Positions 50,893-58,040 of a DNA stretch of 64,000 bases are shown one piece after another. The stretch covers positions 15,729 through 79,728 of the forward strand of contig JBBQRO010000001.1 of the NCBI GenBank assembly GCA_038214685.1, given 5' to 3'. This DNA comes from Acidimicrobiales bacterium. Lineage in GTDB: Bacteria; Actinomycetota; Acidimicrobiia; Acidimicrobiales; AC-14. A model generated the notes under the pieces. It searched no databases. It was given only the letters and a program-made list of their open reading frames with translations, and was not told the DNA's origin. A program made the translations under genes and the position numbers. The number at the start of each line of letters is the position of its first letter. Positions within the stretch are counted from its first letter, which is position 1.

Positions 50893-52623
50893 ATGATTCG
50901 TGGTGCCCGACGTCTTGCATTGACCGCAGCCGGCCTCATGCTGCTGGCCCAAGGGGCGGCTTCGGCCGCCGATCCGCCGGCCCTCACCAAACCCGTCCAT
51001 GTGACGAAGGAGGATCTGAACCCCGTTCGCACCTACTCCGCTCCGAACCTGTTGGCCGATCCCGGCAATCCCCTGGTGGTGGTCGGGGCATTCGCCGACC
51101 TGCGCACCCGGCGGTGCGGGCTCACCCGCACGGTGGACGGGGGCCAAACCTGGAGCACGCTCGACGCCACGCCGAGCCCGGCCTCGTACCCGTCGTGCAA
51201 CTCGAACCCCCGGGGCACCTTTCAGGGCCAGCTGGCGTTCGGCCGCGACGGCGACCTCTACTACGCGCTCGACGGCTGGGACACCCAGGACGGCGGCATC
51301 GGCGGCAACGTGAGCATGGTCGTCTCCAAGTCCACCGACCTGGGCGACACCTGGCAGCCGGTCATCGCCCGTGATGCGCGGGGCAAGACCGGCGAGGCCC
51401 AGGAGTCGTACCGGCCGATTACCGGTTTCGCCGTCGACGCCGAGACGGGGAACTCCGACACTGTCTTCATCGGCTCCGGCCGGCGCCAGCCGGGCTTCAC
51501 CGGCCCCAACAGCCTGCCCGTGCAGCCGGTGGTTGCGGTGTCGACTGACGGCGGCAAGACGTTCGGTGAGCCCGTCAACCTGGCCGAGGCGGCGTTCGCA
51601 GACAGCGCCCTGCGCCAGAGTGCCTTCCAGACGGCCACGACGCTGCCCGGCGCCACCGCGCCCACCACCACGGTTCCTCCGGCCGGCAGCCGGGCGGCCA
51701 CCCCCGACCAGGCCGCCAACTTCGGCGGATTCGGGCCCGGGATCACCCTGGACAACAAAGGAACGGCGTACGCCATCTGGCCGGCCACCTACGCCAACAT
51801 CGCTCCCCGCCCGGCGAACGGCATCATGCTGTCGAAGTCCACCGATAAGGGCAAGACGTGGACCACCAGCCAAGTCGCCCCCTTCGACGCCAAGCTCGGT
51901 TCGTTCTCCTCCGTGGCCTGGAGCCCCGAGGGCGGAGCCGAGGGCACGCTCCACGCTGTCGCCGACGGCTATGAGAACCCGGCGATCGTCGGCTATCAGG
52001 ACATCTACTACTACCGGTCCACCGACGGCGGGAAGACGTGGTCGGAGCGAAAGAACGTCACCGACGACGACCCGAAGCTGCTGTTCAGCCAGTACTACCC
52101 GAACCTCGGCGTGGCCCCCGACGGTCGGGTAGAGATCGCCTTCTGGGACACCCGGAATGATCCCGGTTACCGCTCCAACGACGTCTACATCACCACGTCG
52201 TTCGACAACGGGGTCACCTGGTCGAAGAACACCCGGGTCACCGATCAGCCCATCGACCGGCGCATAGGTGTCTGGTCGACCAACTTCGACATCAACTCCC
52301 CGCCGGGCCTGGCCCTGACCAAGCAGTACACCATGCTGGCCTGGGACGACACCCGCAACACCGACGTCACTGCGGCCGACGCCGGCTCCCTGGGTGGTGG
52401 CATCCAGGACATCTACGTGTCATCGGTCCAGTACGCCGAGATCGGCGGTGGCTCGTCGTCGGCCGCCAAGGTGGCCCTGGCTGGCGTGGTGGGCCTGCTC
52501 GTCGTCGGCCTCATCCTGCTCGGCGCCTCGATGGCCACCCGCCGGCGGGGCGACGACGCCACGGGCCCGGCCGACCACAAGGGGGCAGCCGGGAAGGCAC
52601 CCAAGAAGGCCAAGGTCGGCTGA
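50893..52623 (+). CDS. secreted, C-terminally membrane-anchored BNR/Asp-box repeat (sialidase-fold beta-propeller) protein
   Basis: It has a signal peptide (…AQGAASAADP) and six Asp-box-like repeats (TVDGGQTWS, STDLGDTWQ, STDGGKTFG, STDKGKTWT, STDGGKTWS, SFDNGVTWS). A C-terminal TM helix is followed by a basic tail. Confidence 0.85.
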   Translation: MIRGARRLALTAAGLMLLAQGAASAADPPALTKPVHVTKEDLNPVRTYSAPNLLADPGNPLVVVGAFADLRTRRCGLTRTVDGGQTWSTLDATPSPASYPSCNSNPRGTFQGQLAFGRDGDLYYALDGWDTQDGGIGGNVSMVVSKSTDLGDTWQPVIARDARGKTGEAQESYRPITGFAVDAETGNSDTVFIGSGRRQPGFTGPNSLPVQPVVAVSTDGGKTFGEPVNLAEAAFADSALRQSAFQTATTLPGATAPTTTVPPAGSRAATPDQAANFGGFGPGITLDNKGTAYAIWPATYANIAPRPANGIMLSKSTDKGKTWTTSQVAPFDAKLGSFSSVAWSPEGGAEGTLHAVADGYENPAIVGYQDIYYYRSTDGGKTWSERKNVTDDDPKLLFSQYYPNLGVAPDGRVEIAFWDTRNDPGYRSNDVYITTSFDNGVTWSKNTRVTDQPIDRRIGVWSTNFDINSPPGLALTKQYTMLAWDDTRNTDVTAADAGSLGGGIQDIYVSSVQYAEIGGGSSSAAKVALAGVVGLLVVGLILLGASMATRRRGDDATGPADHKGAAGKAPKKAKVG

Positions 52624-52650
52624 CGCACAGCCGCCGGCTGTTCGCCGGTT

Positions 52651-52683
52651 CCGACCGGACAGGGCCTGCGGCCGTCCGGTCGG
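52651..52683. terminator. hairpin between convergent genes (candidate bidirectional terminator)
   Basis: CCGACCGGAC-N13-GTCCGGTCGG forms a perfect 10-bp stem between the BNR gene and the minus-strand DUF1844 gene. There is no U-tract. Confidence 0.5.
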
Positions 52684-52805
52684 TGGGCGCCTCGGCGGCG
52701 TCCAGGGGGTCGGGCGCTAGATGGGGGGGCGCCCGGCTCTGCCGGTGGCGGCCCGGGCCGACGGCAAGTGTGTCGGTGCCGGCGGCCGCCGCCGCCGAGG
52801 GCGCG

Positions 52806-53237
52806 CTAGAGGTCGGGGATTTGGCCGCCGCCGAGGGCGACGGCGTTGCGGGCTTCGATGTAGGCCATGCGCATCTGGTTCAGGGCCTGGCGCAGCGGCG
52901 GGCCGTTCTCGCCCAGACGGGGGCCGGTGGCGTCGACCATGGCGCCCAGGGCGTCGATGGCCACCTGGGCGTCGGCCAGGTTGGGCGGGTCCTGGCCGAG
53001 GTGGAGGGCGGCGAGCTCGACCAGGCCGATGCAGTGGTTGGCCACTACGATGGCCGCAGGGGTCCGGAGCATCTGCTGCTGCATAGCCAGCAGTTCGGCC
53101 CGCATCTCGTCGTCCATCCCGTCGTCGCCGTCGAAGTCGTCACCGACGTCGGGAGGCCCGGCGGGCGCCTGCGTCGCCGCGGCTGGCTCGTCGCGGGGAA
53201 TGGGGCGTTCGCCGCCGGGTGTCCAGAAGGTACTCAT
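52806..53237 (-). CDS. DUF1844 domain-containing protein
   Basis: It has an acidic N-terminal region and a conserved helical core (…AIVVANHCIGLVELAALHL…). It is divergent from infC, as in other Actinomycetota. The family name is from recall. Confidence 0.65.
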   Translation of the reverse strand: MSTFWTPGGERPIPRDEPAAATQAPAGPPDVGDDFDGDDGMDDEMRAELLAMQQQMLRTPAAIVVANHCIGLVELAALHLGQDPPNLADAQVAIDALGAMVDATGPRLGENGPPLRQALNQMRMAYIEARNAVALGGGQIPDL

Positions 53238-53347
53238 GCTGGTACCCTAGGTTCCACAACTGCATACGGGAAGCGGGGCTTCGGCTCCCACCCGGCCACA
53301 CCCTTCAGCGATGAAGATGCGTGCGCCGGGTCGATCGACCGCCAAGG

Positions 53348-53377
53348 CGGACGTTGCTTCTCGACGTCCGTCTTTTT
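53348..53377 (+). promoter_or_regulatory. hairpin plus T-run in the infC leader (candidate attenuator)
   Basis: The stem CGGACGT-N9-ACGTCCG is followed by TCTTTTTCG. It lies about 35 nt upstream of the proposed infC start, in a locally GC-poor region. Confidence 0.45.
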
Positions 53378-53412
53378 CGTATTCGTGTGCCTTCGATAAG
53401 GAGTGATGCCGC

Positions 53413-54006
53413 ATAGCCGCACCGGATGGCGCCGACCTCAGGATCAACGATCGGATTCGAGCGCGCGAAGTGCGCCTCGTCGATCCGGATGGCAACCAAC
53501 TGGGTATCAGGACCCTGCCGGACGCCCTGACCATCGCCAGGGACCTCGAGCTCGATCTGGTCGAGGTTGCCCCGCTCGCTGAACCACCGGTGTGCCGCAT
53601 TCTCAATTACGGCAAGTGGAAGTACGAGGCCGCCCAGCGCGACAAGGAGTCACGCAAGAAGGCCGCAACCAGCTCGATCAAGGAGATGAAGTACCGGCCC
53701 AAGATCGGCGGGGGCGACTTCGAGACGAAGACCCGCAAGGTCGGCGAGTTCATCGACGAGGGCCACAAGGTCAAGATCACCATCATGTTCCGAGGCCGGG
53801 AGGTCGCTCACCCCGAGTTGGGCAAGCGCATTCTCGACCGCATCGCCGAGCAGCTCCCGCTGGCCAAGGTGGAAGCAGTCCCCAAGCTCGACGGGCGCAA
53901 CATGGTGATGGTCCTGGCTCCCGACCGCAGGGCGCGGGCGGCGGCCAAGGCCGGAAGTCCCGAGTCTCCGCCCGAGATCCAACCCCCCACCCCACCCGCC
54001 GTCTGA
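53413..54006 (+). CDS. infC: translation initiation factor IF-3 (non-ATG start, ATA 53413 proposed)
   Basis: The conserved [23 protein letters not shown] lies upstream of the first GTG (53470). An in-frame TGA at 53404 bounds the N-terminus. AAGGAG at 53398-53403 sits 9 nt before ATA 53413. infC classically uses AUU/AUA/AUC. Confidence 0.85.
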   Translation: MAAPDGADLRINDRIRAREVRLVDPDGNQLGIRTLPDALTIARDLELDLVEVAPLAEPPVCRILNYGKWKYEAAQRDKESRKKAATSSIKEMKYRPKIGGGDFETKTRKVGEFIDEGHKVKITIMFRGREVAHPELGKRILDRIAEQLPLAKVEAVPKLDGRNMVMVLAPDRRARAAAKAGSPESPPEIQPPTPPAV

Positions 54007-54026
54007 GCGGGGAGGAGACGAACGCA

Positions 54027-54221
54027 ATGCCAAAGATGAAGACCCACCGCGGCGCCGCCAAGCGGTTCAAGGTGACCGGTACGGGCCGCATCATGCGGCG
54101 CAAGGCGTTCCGGGCCCACCTGCTCGAGAAGAAGTCCTCCGTCCGCACCCGGCGACTGGGCCGGGCCTCGGAGGTCACCGGAGGCGACAAGGCCCAGGTC
54201 AAGCGCATGCTGGGCCTCTAG
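54027..54221 (+). CDS. rpmI: 50S ribosomal protein L35
   Basis: It starts [20 protein letters not shown], with the SD GGAGGAG upstream. Confidence 0.95.
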   Translation: MPKMKTHRGAAKRFKVTGTGRIMRRKAFRAHLLEKKSSVRTRRLGRASEVTGGDKAQVKRMLGL

Positions 54222-54379
54222 TCACGCCAGCACACTTGTTCGGAGTGGTAGGCAGCATCGCAGCAACCCCCAGCTTCCCGTAGCGCCAGTTGGCGGCCGG
54301 TGGGGCAGGGGCCCCCACCGGCAGGAGCGGGCGTGGTCCGAAGGACCCGGGTTCCGCTTCCAGAAGAAGGAGTCACCTC

Positions 54380-54742
54380 ATGGCCAGGGTCAAGCGTTCC
54401 GTTCACGGCCGGAAGCACCACCGCGCCGTCCTCGACGCGGCCAAGGGGTACTACGGCAACCGCAGCCGCAGCTACAAGTCCGCCAATGAGGCGGTCATGC
54501 ACGCCCTCCACTACGCCTACCGCGATCGTCGGGCGCGCAAGGGCGACTTCCGCAAGCTGTGGATCCAGCGCATCAACGCCGGTTGCCGCCAGCACGGCAT
54601 GAGCTACAGCCGATTCATCGCCGGGCTCCGGGAGGCCGGCGTCGAGGTGGACCGCAAGGTTCTGGCCGACCTGGCCGTCACCGATCCCGCCGCTTTCGCC
54701 GGTCTGGTCAAGCTGGCACAGGAGAGCCGCCAGGCCTCGTGA
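54380..54742 (+). CDS. rplT: 50S ribosomal protein L20
   Basis: It starts [18 protein letters not shown], contains [21 protein letters not shown], and has the SD GAAGGAG upstream. Confidence 0.95.
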   Translation: MARVKRSVHGRKHHRAVLDAAKGYYGNRSRSYKSANEAVMHALHYAYRDRRARKGDFRKLWIQRINAGCRQHGMSYSRFIAGLREAGVEVDRKVLADLAVTDPAAFAGLVKLAQESRQAS

Positions 54743-55611
54743 GGCCTGGGCCCGAGCGGCCCCCGGAGCGGGGAGCAGGGCCCGAGCGGCCCCCGGATCG
54801 GGGAGCAGGGTCCGAGCGGCCCCCGGAGCGGGGACCCGGCCTGTCGTTCACCTCGGCACGGGTCAAGCGACTCCGCCAGCTCATGGAGCGATCCTCCATG
54901 CGCCGGCGTGAGCGGGCCTTCGTGGTCGAGGGCCCGACGCTGGTGGGCGACGCCCTCGACGCCGGCACCGAGTTGGAGTGCCTGTTCGTGGCCCCCGGCG
55001 CCACCGCTCCGGTCGTGCACCGGGCCATGGCCGCCGGCGTTGCGGTGTTCGACCTGGCGCCCGGTGTGCTTGAACGGGTGGCGGGCACGGTGACGCCGCA
55101 GCCCGTCCTGGCCGTGGCCGGCACCGTCGACGTGGACCTGGCCGACCTGGCCGGTGCGTCCCTGGTGCTGGTCTGCATCGACATCCGTGATCCGGGCAAC
55201 CTCGGCACCGTGCTCCGCAGCGCGGAGGCAGCGGGGGTGGGGGGGATAATCTGCTGTGACGGTTCGGTCGACGTGTACAACCCGAAGTGCGTTCGGGCGT
55301 CGGCCGGCTCGCTGTTTCACACACGGATTGTGGTTGGAGGAGAGCCGGTGGGGGTGCTCGCAACGCTGGGAGAATGGGGCCTGCGGCGCCTGGGCACGCG
55401 AGCCGACGCCGGCGAGCCGTACCATCGGACCGACCTGGCCGCGCCCACCGCCCTGGTGCTGGGCAACGAGGCGCACGGGCTGCCCACCTCCACGGCCAGC
55501 AGCCTCGACGGTTGGGTCGCCATCCCCATGGCGGGTCGGGCCGAGTCGCTCAACGTTGGGATGGCGGCGGCCGTGCTCTGCTTCGAGGCCGCCCGCCAGC
55601 GGAGTCGATGA
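54739..55611 (+). CDS. TrmH/SpoU family RNA 2'-O-methyltransferase (N-terminus contains or is preceded by a 3 x 10-aa repeat)
   Basis: SpoU motifs [25 protein letters not shown] and [11 protein letters not shown] are present. The start could be GTG 54739 (GTGA junction with rplT) or CTG 54841 just before the conserved [10 protein letters not shown]. Confidence 0.88.
   Translation: MRPGPERPPERGAGPERPPDRGAGSERPPERGPGLSFTSARVKRLRQLMERSSMRRRERAFVVEGPTLVGDALDAGTELECLFVAPGATAPVVHRAMAAGVAVFDLAPGVLERVAGTVTPQPVLAVAGTVDVDLADLAGASLVLVCIDIRDPGNLGTVLRSAEAAGVGGIICCDGSVDVYNPKCVRASAGSLFHTRIVVGGEPVGVLATLGEWGLRRLGTRADAGEPYHRTDLAAPTALVLGNEAHGLPTSTASSLDGWVAIPMAGRAESLNVGMAAAVLCFEAARQRSR
54748..54837 (+). repeat. 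3 x 30-bp direct tandem repeat
   Basis: GGGCCCGAGCGGCCCCCGGAGCGGGGAGCA occurs three times with few substitutions. In frame it encodes [20 protein letters not shown] and [10 protein letters not shown]. Confidence 0.9.
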
Positions 55612-55774
55612 CCGGCCCGGCCAGCTGCGTGCGGAACGCGACGGAAGGCCGGTCCAACCGGTACTCATGGCCCGACCAGCAGGTCGGGCAGTGACCGGCC
55701 CGGGAGGCCGGTCCAACCGGTACTCATGGCCCGACCAGCAGGTCGGGCGATGACCGGCCCGGGAGGCCAGTTCA
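55608..55774 (+). repeat. Family-1 element cluster: one expanded-loop core plus a 59-bp unit repeated about 2.2 times
   Basis: Cores lie at 55609-55656 (expanded loop), 55692-55715 and 55751-55774. The units 55647-55705 and 55706-55764 differ at 2 positions. Each unit holds the hairpins GACCGGCC/GGCCGGTC and GCCCGACC/GGTCGGGC. Confidence 0.9.
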
Positions 55775-56826
55775 CCGACCTCGCCGTCGACCGGCTGCCC
55801 GACGCCGTGCTCGAGCTCGACGGCGGGTGCCGGGTGCGGCTGGCGAACGCGGCAGCGACCATCCTCACCGGTCTGCGTACCGACGAGCTGGTCGGTCGGT
55901 TGCTGGCCGACGTCCTGGAGCCCCGGGCCGCCGACGGACGGTCGCTGGTCGCCGGCGGCTGGCACCCGTCGGCCCGGCTGCGTTCGGTCACCCGGATTCC
56001 CGAACAGGAGGTGTGGCTGCGGTCCGCCGGCGGTCGACAGGTCCGGGCTCTGGTCACCGGACGGTACGAACGAGACGGCGACGGCAGCCTCACCGGCGCC
56101 GTGCTGGTGCTCCGCGACGGAGCCCGGCGGCGGCCGGTGGCCGGGGACGGCATTGAGATCATCTCCACGGTGAGCCACGAGCTGCGTTCGCCGCTCACGT
56201 CGGTCAAGGGCTACACCAGCCTGCTGCTCAATCGGTGGGATCGCCTCGGTGAGGACCAGAAGCGGATGATGCTCGAGCAGGTCCATCACGACGCCGACCG
56301 GGTGACCCGCCTGGTCACCGAGCTGCTCGACATCAGCCGGCTGGAGAGCGGGCGCCTGGTCCTTCGCCGCCAGATGGTGGACCTACTGCCCCTGGTGAAC
56401 GGCGTGATCGAGAAGGTGCGGATGATGGAGACCCGGCTGTCGGCCGAGGTGCAGTTCCCGGAAAACTTCCCCCACGTCTACGCGGATCCCGACAAGATCG
56501 AGCAGGTGTTGACCAATCTGGTGGAGAACGCGGCCAAGTATGCCGACCCCCGCAGTCTGCGGGTGACCGCCACGTCGGCTGGCGACCAGGTCAGGGTGGA
56601 GGTGGCTGACAAGGGCGAGGGCATTCCCGTCTCGGATCTGCCCCGGGTATTCACCAAGTTCTTCCGGCGGGCCGAGACCCGGCCGACGGGCTCCGGGCTC
56701 GGGCTCTGGATCAGCCGGGGCCTGGTCGAAGCCCACGGTGGTCGCCTCGTGGTGGAGTCCGAGGTGGGCAAGGGATCGGCGTTCTGCTTCACGCTCCCCA
56801 TCGCCCCGCCGGAAGCGCTTCGGTGA
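55750..56826 (+). CDS. cytoplasmic PAS domain-containing sensor histidine kinase (orphan)
   Basis: It has the H-box [17 protein letters not shown], the N-box [11 protein letters not shown] and the G-box [18 protein letters not shown], with no TM segment. The start could be ATG 55750 or ATG 55726; both lie inside the repeat. Confidence 0.9.
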   Translation: MTGPGGQFTDLAVDRLPDAVLELDGGCRVRLANAAATILTGLRTDELVGRLLADVLEPRAADGRSLVAGGWHPSARLRSVTRIPEQEVWLRSAGGRQVRALVTGRYERDGDGSLTGAVLVLRDGARRRPVAGDGIEIISTVSHELRSPLTSVKGYTSLLLNRWDRLGEDQKRMMLEQVHHDADRVTRLVTELLDISRLESGRLVLRRQMVDLLPLVNGVIEKVRMMETRLSAEVQFPENFPHVYADPDKIEQVLTNLVENAAKYADPRSLRVTATSAGDQVRVEVADKGEGIPVSDLPRVFTKFFRRAETRPTGSGLGLWISRGLVEAHGGRLVVESEVGKGSAFCFTLPIAPPEALR

Positions 56827-57872
56827 AGGAGCTCACCGATGAGGTCGCCGCGGTCGAGGCCGACGGCCTGGCCCGCGTGGCCACCGCAACGTCCACCGCT
56901 GAGCTGCGCGCCGTCGAACAGGAATTGGTGGCGGGCAAGCGCTCAGCCCTCGCTGCTCTCAACCAGCGGTTGGGCAAGCTGCCGGTGGAGGAGCGCAAGG
57001 ACGCCGGCCGGGCCATCAATGCGGCGCGGGGTCGCGTCGAGGCTGGCATCGCCGAGCGGGCCGAGAAACTGGCCACCGGCGAACGCCAGGTCCGGATCGA
57101 GGCCGAGCGCCTCGACCTGACCGAGGTGATCGAGCGAAGGCAGGCCACCCGCGGCCACCGTCATCTCGTCACCCAGGCTCGCGACGAGCTGGAGGATCTG
57201 TTCGTGGCCATGGGGTACCAGGTGGCCGAAGGCCCCGAGGTCGAGACCGACTGGTACAACTTCGAGGCCCTCAACATGCCGCCCGCCCACCCGGCCCGCA
57301 GTATGTGGGACACCCTCTATGTCCGCCTGGGCGCCGCCGAGTCCACCCTGCTGCGCACCCACACGTCGCCGGTGCAGATCCGGGTGATGCAGAGCCAGCC
57401 GCCGCCCATCTACATCGTGGCGCCGGGCCGCTGCTACCGCCGCGACACGCCCGACGCCCGGCACCTGCCCGTCTTCCACCAGATCGAGGGCCTGGTCGTC
57501 GACCGGGGCATCACCTTCGGCGACCTGGCCGGCACCATCGAGGCCTTCACCAGCGCCTACTTCGGCCCCAACATCCATTCTCGCCTCCGCCCGTCGTACT
57601 TCCCCTTCACCGAACCGTCGGCGGAGTTCGAGGTCAGCTGCATCTTCTGCGAGGGAAAGGGCTGCCGGGTCTGCTCACATTCGGGCTGGATCGAGCTCGG
57701 CGGCTGCGGCATGGTCGACCCTGCCGTGTTCACCGCCGCAGGCATCGACCCCGAGGAGTACTCCGGGTTCGCCTTCGGTTTCGGCATCGACCGCTGCGCC
57801 ATGATGCGCCACGACGTCGACGATATCCGCCACTTCATCGCCAACGACGTCCGCTTCCTGGAACAGTTCTGA
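56823..57872 (+). CDS. pheS: phenylalanine--tRNA ligase subunit alpha
   Basis: Motifs [21 protein letters not shown] and [10 protein letters not shown] are present. The start overlaps the kinase gene in a GTGA junction. Confidence 0.96.
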   Translation: MKELTDEVAAVEADGLARVATATSTAELRAVEQELVAGKRSALAALNQRLGKLPVEERKDAGRAINAARGRVEAGIAERAEKLATGERQVRIEAERLDLTEVIERRQATRGHRHLVTQARDELEDLFVAMGYQVAEGPEVETDWYNFEALNMPPAHPARSMWDTLYVRLGAAESTLLRTHTSPVQIRVMQSQPPPIYIVAPGRCYRRDTPDARHLPVFHQIEGLVVDRGITFGDLAGTIEAFTSAYFGPNIHSRLRPSYFPFTEPSAEFEVSCIFCEGKGCRVCSHSGWIELGGCGMVDPAVFTAAGIDPEEYSGFAFGFGIDRCAMMRHDVDDIRHFIANDVRFLEQF

Positions 57873-57913
57873 TGCTTCGTCGTTGCTCGTTCACTGCGCT
57901 CACTCCGCGCCGA

Positions 57914-58006
57914 CGAGTTGATCGTGCTCCGGCTGGCCGGCGGAGCCGGCCGCCCGCCGCGCTGCTCCTTTCCGGCCGGCAGCTGATGGGGCCGCCTCCG
58001 GCGGCG
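57914..58006 (+). repeat. Family-3 GC-rich structured intergenic element (copy Y, pheS-pheT spacer)
   Basis: It shares ordered sequence blocks with 37469-37567, including identical 11-mer CGAGTTGATCG and 16-mer GGCCGGCGGAGCCGGC at the same spacing. Confidence 0.7.
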
Positions 58007-58040
58007 CTCGCAGCCGCCGGCGCCCCTGGCGGTCGCTGAC

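Noticed and set aside
54290-54379. GTG 54290 as the rplT start, giving a 30-aa N-terminal extension.
   Set aside because: L20 universally begins MARVKR. A good SD (GAAGGAG) precedes ATG 54380, and the extension is Gly/Arg/Ala-rich low complexity.
55647-55775. The 59-bp periodic array as a small CRISPR locus.
   Set aside because: The entire 59-bp unit repeats almost identically, so there are no unique spacers. There are only about 2.2 copies, no cas genes, and the repeat belongs to a family dispersed at gene junctions.
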